Assembly (NCBI GenBank): GCA_020403455.1
Contig: JADBXP010000021.1
Coordinates: forward strand, 9,743-73,742
DNA length: 64,000 nucleotides
Reading direction: 5' to 3'
Source: Chitinophagaceae bacterium
GTDB taxonomy: Bacteria; Bacteroidota; Bacteroidia; Chitinophagales; Chitinophagaceae
The position numbers and the translations under genes were made by a program. Of the stretch, positions 16,869 to 27,116 are shown in pieces. The notes beneath the pieces are model-generated. The model saw nothing but the letters and a program-made list of their open reading frames with translations. It was not told where the DNA came from and did not search any database. The stretch's first letter is position 1, and the number at the start of each line of letters is the position of its first letter.

Positions 16869-18058
16869 TGATTCATTTTTTGATTTGCTGGGGGAGATGT
16901 TGCATATTTAATGGGCTGAACATTAAAAATGATGGTCAGGGGTTGTTTTAGTTCGAGGTAAAGCTGAGCAATGTAGGACTGCCATTCTTCCATAGAATGA
17001 ATTTTTCCTGCTTTATCCCAGCAGGCACCGGCATAATATGTATAGGGTATTTGATTTTTCAAAAGCAATTGCATACCTACCTGCTTTCTTACTTGTATAA
17101 TTTTTTTATTACCCGAGGTATCTATCAATGCTATACCTGTCGTTCCATTTTTGGGGTCGGTTGGCTCCCAATAGGTGATGATACCTTTTTGTTCATTCTG
17201 ATTCAGAATACCACATCCCTTTCGCAGTGCGATACCTGTTACAGCCAAATGTTGTTGCAAGTTAGGAGCAAGGAACTCTACGGTTATACGATTCAATTGT
17301 GCCTCGGCATCAAGAGTAATCGTCTTAATGATTTGAATATATTGCTTGTTAAATTCCACAGAGTCATAAGTAAGTTGAAAGCTAAAGCGTATGGGACCTT
17401 TGTCTAGTATTTTCCAACGACTATAATTACCTGGATAAAAAACAGAATCATTGGTAAAAAATGAAAGATCCCCCGCTCCCAAAGTAGCACCAACAGAATA
17501 GTAATCCAGCCCTTCACCTTTGTCGGTGTGGTAGTCCCCAGATTGATACCACTTATCGATGACGAGTTCATCGGTTCTTTTTACCCAAACATCTATACCA
17601 TGGGCATTTTCATTGGTTGATTGCAGGGCCTTCCCGTACATACGAAAAGCAATTCGGTTATTTTCCCAGGCAAAATCATCTTTTCGTTCAGGGACATGAC
17701 GACCGAAAACTTTAGCAGATGGCCGAGTAGCATCTTTCAGTGTATAGCCCAGCTGAAGTTGCTCCTTTGCTGCTAATGGCAAGTGAATGAGTAGGCTTTG
17801 AATTGTACCTGTACCGAGTGTTTCCCACTGATGAGTTAAAATTTTACCGGTTTTTCTGTTGACCACTGAAAAGCGGGAAGTATCTATGTCACGTAGATTT
17901 TTTTTCAATTCACTCCATGGCAAGGAGATTACTTGTTGGATGCGGGTGTGATGTAAAGGGTTGCTGATAGTCACCAATGGCTGAACTTTCTGAGCAGTTG
18001 CACAGAGAAATGACAGCACTGAGCAAATAAAAAATATCAGTTGTTTTCGATTATTCAT
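16865..18058 (-). CDS. DUF4861-like secreted protein
   Basis: 397 aa with a signal peptide. FAWENNRIAFRMYGKAL and HGIDVWVKRT resemble the DUF4861 family, which often neighbours kduI/kduD in Bacteroidota. Recalled from memory, not searched. Confidence 0.5.
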   Translation of the reverse strand: MNNRKQLIFFICSVLSFLCATAQKVQPLVTISNPLHHTRIQQVISLPWSELKKNLRDIDTSRFSVVNRKTGKILTHQWETLGTGTIQSLLIHLPLAAKEQLQLGYTLKDATRPSAKVFGRHVPERKDDFAWENNRIAFRMYGKALQSTNENAHGIDVWVKRTDELVIDKWYQSGDYHTDKGEGLDYYSVGATLGAGDLSFFTNDSVFYPGNYSRWKILDKGPIRFSFQLTYDSVEFNKQYIQIIKTITLDAEAQLNRITVEFLAPNLQQHLAVTGIALRKGCGILNQNEQKGIITYWEPTDPKNGTTGIALIDTSGNKKIIQVRKQVGMQLLLKNQIPYTYYAGACWDKAGKIHSMEEWQSYIAQLYLELKQPLTIIFNVQPIKYATSPPANQKMNQ

Positions 18059-19277
18059 TTGATTTTACAGCCAGCCTCCTACCTGCATTTTGAAGAAGTT
18101 GCTCAAAATAATTCATGGCATACCCCTGTTTTCCATCGGGTCGAATGAGCCAAAAACCATTCAGATCACGGTTGTTCTTGGTGGATGCCGGCTGCTCAAT
18201 TTTTACATCTTTGCCTGTTTCGTTGCAATACAATTCCCAATATATAATATAGGGAATGTGCTGGGCCAAACAAACAGATAAATAAGTATCCCAACGATGC
18301 TTGAATTCTTCCGGAAGATTCTTCGTAGCCATTTCCGGGATGCCTATTTCACCAATAAATACTATTGGTTTCTTAGTGTACTCACTAGGTTTCATCTTTG
18401 ACCGGATATAATCAATTCCCCGGTAAAGATCAATACCTGTTTTATCAAAATCAGTGGCATCATAGGCAGACCAGGATACCATATCCACATGAACAAATGG
18501 AAGTACGTCGTTGGTTACTGAGGGAATTCCAAATGAAGCATCGACAACTTTATTGACTTCGATAGCATGATACACCCTGCATCTGGATTGAGGGATTTTT
18601 TTTCTTGCATTATCCACTGCTCTCTGTCTGACCTCAAAAACTCTTCGTAAACTCTGAATTCTTGACGGCAGTTCGTCGGGAGGTGCTACCCTACCCCATT
18701 GTGCTTCCCATCCAACGCCACCGCGTAAAATCCAATCACCTTCCCAATTTGAAAGGATGAATTCAACATCACGGTCTTGATATTTTTCTAATAAATAAAG
18801 AGCCAAGTCATAAAACTCTTTCTCCTCTTTGGCAAGTCCAGCACTATCTGCCTGAATCATATTTACGCCTGCGCTGGTGCTAAGAACAAAAGTGGAAAGG
18901 GGAAAAGCAAAGGCTGCCTGGTAATAGGGATGCTTTGCCAAATCTGTAAGGGACGTATTTTTAGGTAGGTTCCAGTCAGAATTATATTGGTAGCCGGAAG
19001 GATTTTTATACATCCATAATTTGCAGACACCCATTCCCAATTCCTTCAGCTTTTTGGTACCTTCCACGAGATATGGCTCATTGGTGAAAAAATACTTTCC
19101 TCCAACATGGGTGGCTCCGAGGCGACGCGAAAAATCGGCAGGAATAACAGCACCTTTGAGTGGACTGAATCGCTCAATTTTTCTCCAAATTGCAGCATCC
19201 GACATGGTGCGGTTTTGGGCCGATGTCACTTGAAAGAAAAACAAACCAACTATATATTTCCAACCATGCTTCCTCAT
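18051..19277 (-). CDS. putative (beta/alpha)8 glycoside hydrolase, clan GH-A-like, family not recognised
   Basis: 408 aa with a signal peptide. LSNWEGDW is an Asn-Glu acid/base-like motif. IVFIGEIGIPE is a nucleophile-like Glu about 150 aa later. Confidence 0.45.
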   Translation of the reverse strand: MRKHGWKYIVGLFFFQVTSAQNRTMSDAAIWRKIERFSPLKGAVIPADFSRRLGATHVGGKYFFTNEPYLVEGTKKLKELGMGVCKLWMYKNPSGYQYNSDWNLPKNTSLTDLAKHPYYQAAFAFPLSTFVLSTSAGVNMIQADSAGLAKEEKEFYDLALYLLEKYQDRDVEFILSNWEGDWILRGGVGWEAQWGRVAPPDELPSRIQSLRRVFEVRQRAVDNARKKIPQSRCRVYHAIEVNKVVDASFGIPSVTNDVLPFVHVDMVSWSAYDATDFDKTGIDLYRGIDYIRSKMKPSEYTKKPIVFIGEIGIPEMATKNLPEEFKHRWDTYLSVCLAQHIPYIIYWELYCNETGKDVKIEQPASTKNNRDLNGFWLIRPDGKQGYAMNYFEQLLQNAGRRLAVKSNE

Positions 19278-21439
19278 TCTCCTGTAATTATTAATGATGT
19301 TTTTAATTTAATATCCTGACTATGTCGGCCAACTGTTACGTGATATCTCCCTGATGGGATGTACCAGCTATGAGTAGCTTCATTCCATTTCTGAAGAGAC
19401 TTTACAGGAATGCTAAACTGAACATTTTTTTTCTGACCCGCTTGAAGATAGATTTTTCGGAATGCCTTTAGTTCCTTGACTAATCCATAGTGCTCCCCTT
19501 CTCTTGAAAAATACACTTGCAATACATCATTTGCAGACATGCCGCTGGTGTGTTCAACACCTACCAACAATTGGATGGTATCAGTTGATTGATATTTCTG
19601 CTTAGGTAATTTTTCCCATTGATGAGAAAAATTGGCATAACTCAGACCAAAACCGAAGGGAAACTGAACCGGTCCGTTAAAATAACGATAGGTGCGTCCA
19701 CGCATGTTATAATCTTCATAAGGAGGAAGATCAGTCAGGTCTTTGTAAAATGTGACGGGCAGACTACCTGATGGAGAATAATCACCAAAAATTAGATCAG
19801 ACAATGCATTCCCGCCCTGTTCTCCGGGATACCAAGCCATAATGATGGCGTCAGCATACGGTTCTATGGCTGCAATATCAATGGCACTTCCTCCGGTTAC
19901 AACTACGATGAGTGGCTTTTTATTCGCCTTCAATTTTTTCAAAAGCATCAAATGTGGCGTGGGAATACTAAGGTTTTCCCGATCCCCACCCTTGGGAGAA
20001 AGAAATGCATCATGTTCTTCACCTTCCAACAATGGATTTAATCCGATGCAAGCGATAGTTATATCAGCATTGCTTGCTGCCCAAATTCCACCGAAGTGAG
20101 TGGTATCAAAATCATTGCAACCCTGCTCAAATTGAACTGCGATCCCCGGCCCTGCTTTACTTGCGATCCCTTCGGCGAAAGTTACAATATGATCGGAAAC
20201 ACCATGATAATTTCCCAATATTGGTCCGATAACGCCAGCAGAAGGACCTATTACCACCATGGACTGTATGGTAGACAGTTTCAATGGTAGTATTAACTGT
20301 TTGTTTTTTAATAAGACCATACTCTGCCTGGCTACTTCCCGGGCTAATTTGGTATGATCCGGGTGTTGAACTACGGAGGCGTTGTATTGCTGAAAGGGCT
20401 GCTGATTTTCGGGATCAAATAAACCTAATCTGAACCTTGTTTTTAGGGAAGGACGTAGAGCAGCGTCAATGTCTTTCTCTTGCACAAGACCTTTTTCTAA
20501 GGCAAGAGGAAGTGACTTTTGTAATAAATCAGAACAATCCATGTTCAATCCTGCCTTGATGGCTGCGGCAGCTACCTCTTCGGGAGATGGTAAGACACGA
20601 TGTCCTTTGTAAATATCATCCAATGCCCAACAATCAGAAACAATGTGCCCCTTGAACTTCCATTCATCACGTACTATTGTTTTCAGCAGACCTTCACCTG
20701 AGCAGCAGGGAGAACCATTGATGCGGTTATAGGCACACATGATGGCTTCTACTCCTACGTCGCTTAATTGATGGAATGCATAGAGATAGGTTTCTCTTAA
20801 ATCTTTTTCGCTGACTACAGCATCGAAGGAATGCCTGGATGCTTCCGGACCACTATGAACAGCCAGGTGTTTGGCCCCGGCAGCAGTTTTCAGGTAAACA
20901 GGATCATTTCCCTGTAAGCCTTTTACGAATGCCTTACCTATTTCAGCAGTCAGGAAGGGGTCTTCACCATAGGTTTCTTGTCCTCTCCCCCACCGAGGGT
21001 CACGGAATATATTGATATTTGGTGACCAGAAGGTAAGTCCGAGGTATTGACTTCTGTTTCCTCTCCTTATAGCTTCATTGTATTTTGCTCTGGCTTCTGT
21101 GGAAATAACGTCTCCAACTCGAAAAATCAGTGAATCATTAAAAGTAGCTGCCATTGCAATTGCCTGTGGAAAAACAGTTGCCTTGCCGGACCTTGCTACT
21201 CCATGAAGTGCCTCGTTCCACCAGTTATAGGCAGAAATATTCAATCGTTGAACTGATTTACTTTGGTATCCTAACAAACCAATTTTTTCATCAACGTTGA
21301 GTCGCATCAACAAATCATTGATACGACTTTCCAGTGGCATCTGTCTATCTTTAAATATCGGAAATTGACTAAGTGCAGAGAAACAAAACCCCTGAACAAT
21401 AAATAGCAGGCAGAAATAATATAGTTGATATCTACGCAT
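19274..21439 (-). CDS. glycoside hydrolase family 3 (beta-glucosidase/beta-xylosidase type)
   Basis: I chose the start MRRYQLYYF (21439) to avoid overlapping the upstream gene. Motifs include GHIVSDCWAL (SDW nucleophile region) and KHLAVHSGPE, with a C-terminal FnIII-like domain. Confidence 0.85.
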   Translation of the reverse strand: MRRYQLYYFCLLFIVQGFCFSALSQFPIFKDRQMPLESRINDLLMRLNVDEKIGLLGYQSKSVQRLNISAYNWWNEALHGVARSGKATVFPQAIAMAATFNDSLIFRVGDVISTEARAKYNEAIRRGNRSQYLGLTFWSPNINIFRDPRWGRGQETYGEDPFLTAEIGKAFVKGLQGNDPVYLKTAAGAKHLAVHSGPEASRHSFDAVVSEKDLRETYLYAFHQLSDVGVEAIMCAYNRINGSPCCSGEGLLKTIVRDEWKFKGHIVSDCWALDDIYKGHRVLPSPEEVAAAAIKAGLNMDCSDLLQKSLPLALEKGLVQEKDIDAALRPSLKTRFRLGLFDPENQQPFQQYNASVVQHPDHTKLAREVARQSMVLLKNKQLILPLKLSTIQSMVVIGPSAGVIGPILGNYHGVSDHIVTFAEGIASKAGPGIAVQFEQGCNDFDTTHFGGIWAASNADITIACIGLNPLLEGEEHDAFLSPKGGDRENLSIPTPHLMLLKKLKANKKPLIVVVTGGSAIDIAAIEPYADAIIMAWYPGEQGGNALSDLIFGDYSPSGSLPVTFYKDLTDLPPYEDYNMRGRTYRYFNGPVQFPFGFGLSYANFSHQWEKLPKQKYQSTDTIQLLVGVEHTSGMSANDVLQVYFSREGEHYGLVKELKAFRKIYLQAGQKKNVQFSIPVKSLQKWNEATHSWYIPSGRYHVTVGRHSQDIKLKTSLIITGE

Positions 21440-21441
21440 AT

Positions 21442-22737
21442 TTACTGGGCACTGAGTTGTTGTAATAGCCACTGGTTCATTTGCTGTTTCTGTTCAGGAT
21501 ACATCCAGTGCCAACTGTCTTTGTATAAAGCTATTTCTTTAGAAGCCTTAATTACATTAATAGCTGAAAACATAGAGGTAGGCGGACAAACATCATCATT
21601 GTATCCTAAGGTATAAAAGCCGCTTACTTTTAATCGTCGCGCAAAATTGACCACGTCATAATAGGGTAGTGTTTCTTTTATCTGATCGGTATTACTAAAC
21701 CATAGATTGCTCTCAGCAAAATAATGAGGCCATCCCCCCGCTCTGTTGAAAAAGTATCCGGTAAGGTCACATAATGCAGGGTGAACTGCAGCCAAAAAAC
21801 GAATCCTTTTGTCCAAAGCAGCAGTAATAATACTAAGAGCACCTCCCTGGCTATTGCCCGAAACAGCCATTCTTTGTCCATCGAATTGTGGCAAGCTAAA
21901 AATGAAATCTACGGAACGTACACATCCCAAATAAACGCGCTTGTAGTAAAAACGGTCTTTGTTATCGGCATTAAAGAAAAAATATCCTTTGAGTGCTCCT
22001 GTATTTAAATCATTATAAACTGAAGGATCCATGTTGACCGGAATACCATGAATCCCGATTGAAAAAACGATGAACCCCTTATCAGCCAGTTCAAGGTCCG
22101 GATTATAGGGACGAATTCCGGCACCGGGCACTTGAAGTATTGCCGGATATTTTCCTTCTTTTTTAGGCACGCAGAGGATGCCATATAATCTTGAACCGCC
22201 CCAGGATTGAACATTAACATGATAAACGTTGGTCAAAGCCGAAGATTTCTCAGGTAGTAGCGTCATTTTCGCATCCAAAGGAATTTGATCTAGTTCCTGT
22301 CTTGCCTTGGCCCAAAAGCTATCAAAATTGGTTGGTTCAGTAATGGTGGGACGAATGGCTGAAGCAGCATAAGCAACTGTTGCCATTTGTCGGTATTGTT
22401 TACCATTGATTTCTGTACTTACGATACATCGCCAAAAACCAGGCTGCTGCATTGTACCTGAATTAATGCGTAAACTACCCTCTTTAATCATCTGTTTGTC
22501 TTGAAATACCGGTTTCATTCTTTCCGGACCATATTGAAAAGAGACGCTTACTCCTGAAAGTGGCATCTGATCTTTATAAACAACCACAGTAAAAATACAC
22601 TCCTCACCGATCTTGTATTCCCAATCTGCATGATCGGGTGATACTACAATTTTGATGGCTTGTTCAGCAGGTTGTGCTACTAATGAGGGAATAGCCAAAA
22701 ATAGAAAAGCAAAATGAATAAGTATGCGGATGCCCAT
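21442..22737 (-). CDS. acetyl xylan esterase / cephalosporin-C deacetylase family (CE7-like)
   Basis: 431 aa with a signal peptide. GNSQGG nucleophile elbow, an N-terminal Ig-like extension, and an alpha/beta hydrolase layout. Confidence 0.7.
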   Translation of the reverse strand: MGIRILIHFAFLFLAIPSLVAQPAEQAIKIVVSPDHADWEYKIGEECIFTVVVYKDQMPLSGVSVSFQYGPERMKPVFQDKQMIKEGSLRINSGTMQQPGFWRCIVSTEINGKQYRQMATVAYAASAIRPTITEPTNFDSFWAKARQELDQIPLDAKMTLLPEKSSALTNVYHVNVQSWGGSRLYGILCVPKKEGKYPAILQVPGAGIRPYNPDLELADKGFIVFSIGIHGIPVNMDPSVYNDLNTGALKGYFFFNADNKDRFYYKRVYLGCVRSVDFIFSLPQFDGQRMAVSGNSQGGALSIITAALDKRIRFLAAVHPALCDLTGYFFNRAGGWPHYFAESNLWFSNTDQIKETLPYYDVVNFARRLKVSGFYTLGYNDDVCPPTSMFSAINVIKASKEIALYKDSWHWMYPEQKQQMNQWLLQQLSAQ

Positions 22738-22740
22738 ATT

Positions 22741-25587
22741 TTAATCTATTGTGTGAAAGGTGATCAATGAATTATAACCCTCTGTTCTGATAAAAATTGG
22801 TTGTTTATTGCAGGAAGAAGACAATTGTATTTTCTTTCTCTCCCCTCCCAGTAAATTGAAGTAACCATCGGAAAAATATACAGGTAAAAGAATATTTTTC
22901 TCGCTATCGCAAAGGTTAATTTTTATACCAATTACAGGTTCTTCGGATTTATTTTGAATTTCGAGTTCCATCCAACCATCCCGGCTCATAATTTTTTTTA
23001 CAGTAAGCTCCGCCATGGGTAATTCGTTGAAAACTTTAAAATTAAAATTGGTTTTCCAATAATCATTTTCAGCAATGATTTTACCCTGTTTATCTTTTAA
23101 TTCTAAGCGAAGCAGATAAACATTCGGCAGTGATTCGGGCGTCATTAATTGAGGTATGGTGTTATTTAACTGATTGGGCAACGCGTCAATTACTTGTGTA
23201 ACAGTGTGTATCCGATTTCCGCGCCAGTCATACCAATTTATATTCATTTCCAGACCTTCATAACTGATGAGACTAGTATTCACAACAACTACTCGGCCAT
23301 CGTGACCATTCAATTGTATGTGCAATGGCTCCGTTGCTTTTTTAGCACCAAAATAAGAACCATGTGTTTCAAAGTCCCATGAGTAGGTTTGCCAAATCAT
23401 ACTTGGCCATGCTGGATGAGTCATCCAAAGTAATACACCGCTGGTATTTTTCCACAATCTGCTATTCCAAGCCTCGAAAATAGCACGATGACTTTCATAA
23501 TTAATTAATTGTATCTTTCTGTTGAAATCATTCAAACTTGAAGCTTTTCCATATAAACTATCAACTGTAGCCAGATAGCCTTCTAAGTTCTGATTGTTGC
23601 TGTGTAAATCGTGGTAGTGCCAGGTGTCAGATATGGGCCAAAGATCTTGCTCAGGAATGAATTTTTGAATCGTAGTTGCGACAGGTATTGAAAAGGTCCC
23701 TATTTCAGTGCTAAATCCTTCGGCATATTTTGAAAAATAAAGTGCAGGATCACGAATAAAATGCCAGTCTCCGCTTTGGCGCAAATTAATTTCTCTGGAA
23801 TTACCAATATAATGTCTGGTACCATCTTCTTTCATCAATTGCTCGTATAATGCATCTTCTATACCAACCGGAGCGTAACCCTCATTTCGTGGACACCAAA
23901 TGGCGATGGAGGCATGGTTACGAAAGCGTCTGACAACATCAAGTGAATTTTGTAACCAAAGTTGTTGATCAAGCGGGTTTAAATTATACCCCTCGGTTGA
24001 AATCCAAAAATCATTCCAAACCATCATCCCATATTCATCTGCTAAAGCAAAGAAAACTTCCTCGGTACTCTCTCCTGTCCAGTTTCTGATCATATTGAAA
24101 TTCGCTTCGCGATGAAGTCTGAATGCAGGCTCCAACTTTTCTCTTGTCACCTTTTTCATGCCATCATCCATTCCCCAGTTCCCTCCTTTACAAAAAACCG
24201 GTTGACCGTTAACACGAATTGTCAGATAAGGGTTTTTAGAATCAGGTAATCGATCAAAAATAGTCGTATCAATATTTTTTCTCAGGGAAGGGATAAAGAT
24301 TCTGTTAGAAAATTCCCTACGGTTGACATTATCAAAAAGTGGCTTTGGCTGTTGAAGATCTGATGGACTATAATGAATGCGAGCCGGTTGTTCCTTTTTC
24401 AGATCTGCCATAAGCTCATACGAATATTCACGAACGCCAAAACGCAATTCGCGGTGATCACTGAGACGACCGTTCACCAAGGCTGTAATTTTTAAATCGT
24501 ATAAGTGAGGTCTGCCATATCCGTTGGGCCACCACAATATAGGATTCTTGACATGTAACTGCGGATAGTTGTTGGAAGTAAAGGCTACAAGTTTATTTTC
24601 ACCGGGTAATAACGTAACCTCTTGTGAAAAAGAAATCTTCTCCCATTGGCCTTTTACAACTGAAGTAATTGGCTGATTGGAATGATTTGTAACCTGACAG
24701 CTTACTGCAATATGAGCAGAACTTGTGTCAGGAAGCGGCAGATCTGAAATGACTCTGGGATTGGTGATCTCTATCTGATCTGTAAATCGAAGAATTACAT
24801 CTTGCCAGATGCCCATGTTTCGGTCACGAATACCCGGCACCCAATCCCACCCCTCTGATGAAATAAAAGTTGGACCGTCTAATGCCAGTTGCCCCCCATT
24901 GGGACCCATTCCTGCCAGACGAGACTGTTCATGAGGGATGCCCGGATTGGGGGGTGGAAGAAGCTGAACAATCAAAATATTTTCATTTTGCTCTTCTAAT
25001 AACTTGCTGATATTGAACTTGACTTGCTGGAATGCACCTGCGGTGGACCCAAGTCGTTTTCCATTCAACCAAAAATTAGCTTTGTAATTGATGCCATTGA
25101 ATTGTAACCATGCTAGCTTATTCTTTTTATTCCGGGGTGCGTGAAAAGACAATCTATACCACCAATCCTGTCTGCATAGGGTATCCGGAATCCTAAGATT
25201 GTTTAAACCAAAATAAGGATCAGGATAAACACCTTGGCTGACCAAGGTTGTTAATACTGTTCCGGGAACAGTTGCAGCATACCAGCGATCTGTATTGAGT
25301 GATCTATTAAATATAGAAACAGGACTCACTAGAACTGTGGATGCATCTGCCATTTTCCAGCCATTGTTCAAAGTATATGTAGTGGAATCAACTCGAACAG
25401 GAATCGAAGAGATACGGGGAGATTTTTTTTTAACCGGTGGAAGATATCCCGCCTTTGATATAGGCAGTGTTGATGAAAGCTGAGGTTGCAACAATCCCCA
25501 GTTGATTCTATACTGAGTAAAAGACTGATATGGCTTAAAAAGCAAAAAGAAAATTACTAATATACTATTGCGGCTAATTAACTTCAT
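22741..25587 (-). CDS. glycoside hydrolase family 2 (beta-mannosidase / exo-beta-glucosaminidase-like)
   Basis: 948 aa. Motifs NFNMIRNWTGEST, WCPRNEGYAP (acid/base NE) and FSTEIGTFS (nucleophile E), with multi-domain GH2 length. Confidence 0.8.
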   Translation of the reverse strand: MKLISRNSILVIFFLLFKPYQSFTQYRINWGLLQPQLSSTLPISKAGYLPPVKKKSPRISSIPVRVDSTTYTLNNGWKMADASTVLVSPVSIFNRSLNTDRWYAATVPGTVLTTLVSQGVYPDPYFGLNNLRIPDTLCRQDWWYRLSFHAPRNKKNKLAWLQFNGINYKANFWLNGKRLGSTAGAFQQVKFNISKLLEEQNENILIVQLLPPPNPGIPHEQSRLAGMGPNGGQLALDGPTFISSEGWDWVPGIRDRNMGIWQDVILRFTDQIEITNPRVISDLPLPDTSSAHIAVSCQVTNHSNQPITSVVKGQWEKISFSQEVTLLPGENKLVAFTSNNYPQLHVKNPILWWPNGYGRPHLYDLKITALVNGRLSDHRELRFGVREYSYELMADLKKEQPARIHYSPSDLQQPKPLFDNVNRREFSNRIFIPSLRKNIDTTIFDRLPDSKNPYLTIRVNGQPVFCKGGNWGMDDGMKKVTREKLEPAFRLHREANFNMIRNWTGESTEEVFFALADEYGMMVWNDFWISTEGYNLNPLDQQLWLQNSLDVVRRFRNHASIAIWCPRNEGYAPVGIEDALYEQLMKEDGTRHYIGNSREINLRQSGDWHFIRDPALYFSKYAEGFSTEIGTFSIPVATTIQKFIPEQDLWPISDTWHYHDLHSNNQNLEGYLATVDSLYGKASSLNDFNRKIQLINYESHRAIFEAWNSRLWKNTSGVLLWMTHPAWPSMIWQTYSWDFETHGSYFGAKKATEPLHIQLNGHDGRVVVVNTSLISYEGLEMNINWYDWRGNRIHTVTQVIDALPNQLNNTIPQLMTPESLPNVYLLRLELKDKQGKIIAENDYWKTNFNFKVFNELPMAELTVKKIMSRDGWMELEIQNKSEEPVIGIKINLCDSEKNILLPVYFSDGYFNLLGGERKKIQLSSSCNKQPIFIRTEGYNSLITFHTID

Positions 25588-27116
25588 TAAAATGTATTAG
25601 CTTGTTGAAAATTTATTTTTTCATCATTCCATTGGTCTGTGCGGAAAGGGAACATAGGATACCCCTCTTTATTCAATAAGTTCGTAACAACATCATTGGT
25701 AAAAGCATACCGAACAGCCACCGGCCGGACTACATTAGGAGATGTGACAATGATGTGAGAACCTGCGATCAAAGCTTTGGCTGGGAAAAACTGTTTATCT
25801 TCACCAGCTACCCAAAAATGACGTGGCATGGTTTGGTCGCTTGTGTACAAGCCCTCACTCTGTTTAAAATATATAATTACCTGATCACCCAAAGTTTGCA
25901 TGCTGTGAAATCTCGGACCTGTAGAAGTTTGAAATGAACCATCATTGGAGTTGTTGAGAGCTAAATTAGCTAGTCTCTCGCCTACCGGTTTTTTATTAAC
26001 CGGATGAATGTTATCAGGCTCTCCAACATCCATCGTGCAGACTATTCCTGTATTGACAACCTGTTGGGTTATTAAATCTTGGGCTTCTCTGAATTTTGCA
26101 TAATTATTTTCAGCAGGATTGGTCTTCTTCCAATTGTAGGGTGTCATTTGAACAAAGTAAAAGGGCAGGTCTCCTTGTTGAAAATCTTCCCGCCAGTTCC
26201 TGATCATAGCGGCATTTAGATGCGGATACATTTTTATTTCACCTGCATTCGATTCACCCTGGTACCAAATGAACCCACGAATTGAAAATGGCAACAGAGG
26301 ATAAATCATAGCATTATAAATCAACATGGGGCGTAGAACAGGAATTTTTTCTTCAGGATTTTTATAATAGGGAAGTAAATACCTATTCTTTAGTGTACTA
26401 TCTGACTCCAACACTTCTTTTTTAATGAATGCCTGACAGGATGCACTGCCATAAGCCGAAAGTAAGAGCCCGATAGGGATATTCATTTTTTGCAGTAGTG
26501 AGCGACCAAAATAAAAAGCTACCCCACTGAAATCAGCGACTGTTTCCGGAGTACACTCTCGCCAATTTCCTGTTACAGACTCTAATAAAACAGTTGATGT
26601 TTCCTTCTTTACTTTAAACAAACGAATGCCTGAAAAATTAGCTGCCGATATTTCTTTTTCATTATCTTTCACACCGAGGTGCCAGGGAGATACGGGCTGC
26701 ATACTCATATCCATATTACTCTGACCACTACATAGCCAAACATCTCCAATCAATAAATTAGATAACACTACTTTTTCTGAACCACTCCTTATGTATAATT
26801 GATGGGGAGTAAAATCACCTTGGATGGCTTTGGGAACAGATAGCTTTACTTTCCATTTACCTTCTTTGTCTGTTCTCACCTGTGCATCTGCTTTCCAACT
26901 AGCAGAGATACTCACTTTTGTAAGAGGCAAAGCTTTTCCCCATAAAGTAAAAGGTTTATTTTGCTGAATAACCATATTGCTTTGAAGAAGGGATGCCAGT
27001 TGCAAATTCATTTGTTTTTCCTGACCCCAGCCTGCCGGCATACAAAGCATCGATAGCGACAAAATTGAAGATATGGCCGCTAGACGAATATGTTGATATG
27101 TAGTTTTATTTACCAT
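25587..27116 (-). CDS. sialate O-acetylesterase-like (SASA/SGNH) carbohydrate esterase
   Basis: 509 aa. GDVWLCSGQSNM motif, WYQGESN and DNIHPVNKKPVGERLA. Confidence 0.75.
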   Translation of the reverse strand: MVNKTTYQHIRLAAISSILSLSMLCMPAGWGQEKQMNLQLASLLQSNMVIQQNKPFTLWGKALPLTKVSISASWKADAQVRTDKEGKWKVKLSVPKAIQGDFTPHQLYIRSGSEKVVLSNLLIGDVWLCSGQSNMDMSMQPVSPWHLGVKDNEKEISAANFSGIRLFKVKKETSTVLLESVTGNWRECTPETVADFSGVAFYFGRSLLQKMNIPIGLLLSAYGSASCQAFIKKEVLESDSTLKNRYLLPYYKNPEEKIPVLRPMLIYNAMIYPLLPFSIRGFIWYQGESNAGEIKMYPHLNAAMIRNWREDFQQGDLPFYFVQMTPYNWKKTNPAENNYAKFREAQDLITQQVVNTGIVCTMDVGEPDNIHPVNKKPVGERLANLALNNSNDGSFQTSTGPRFHSMQTLGDQVIIYFKQSEGLYTSDQTMPRHFWVAGEDKQFFPAKALIAGSHIIVTSPNVVRPVAVRYAFTNDVVTNLLNKEGYPMFPFRTDQWNDEKINFQQANTF

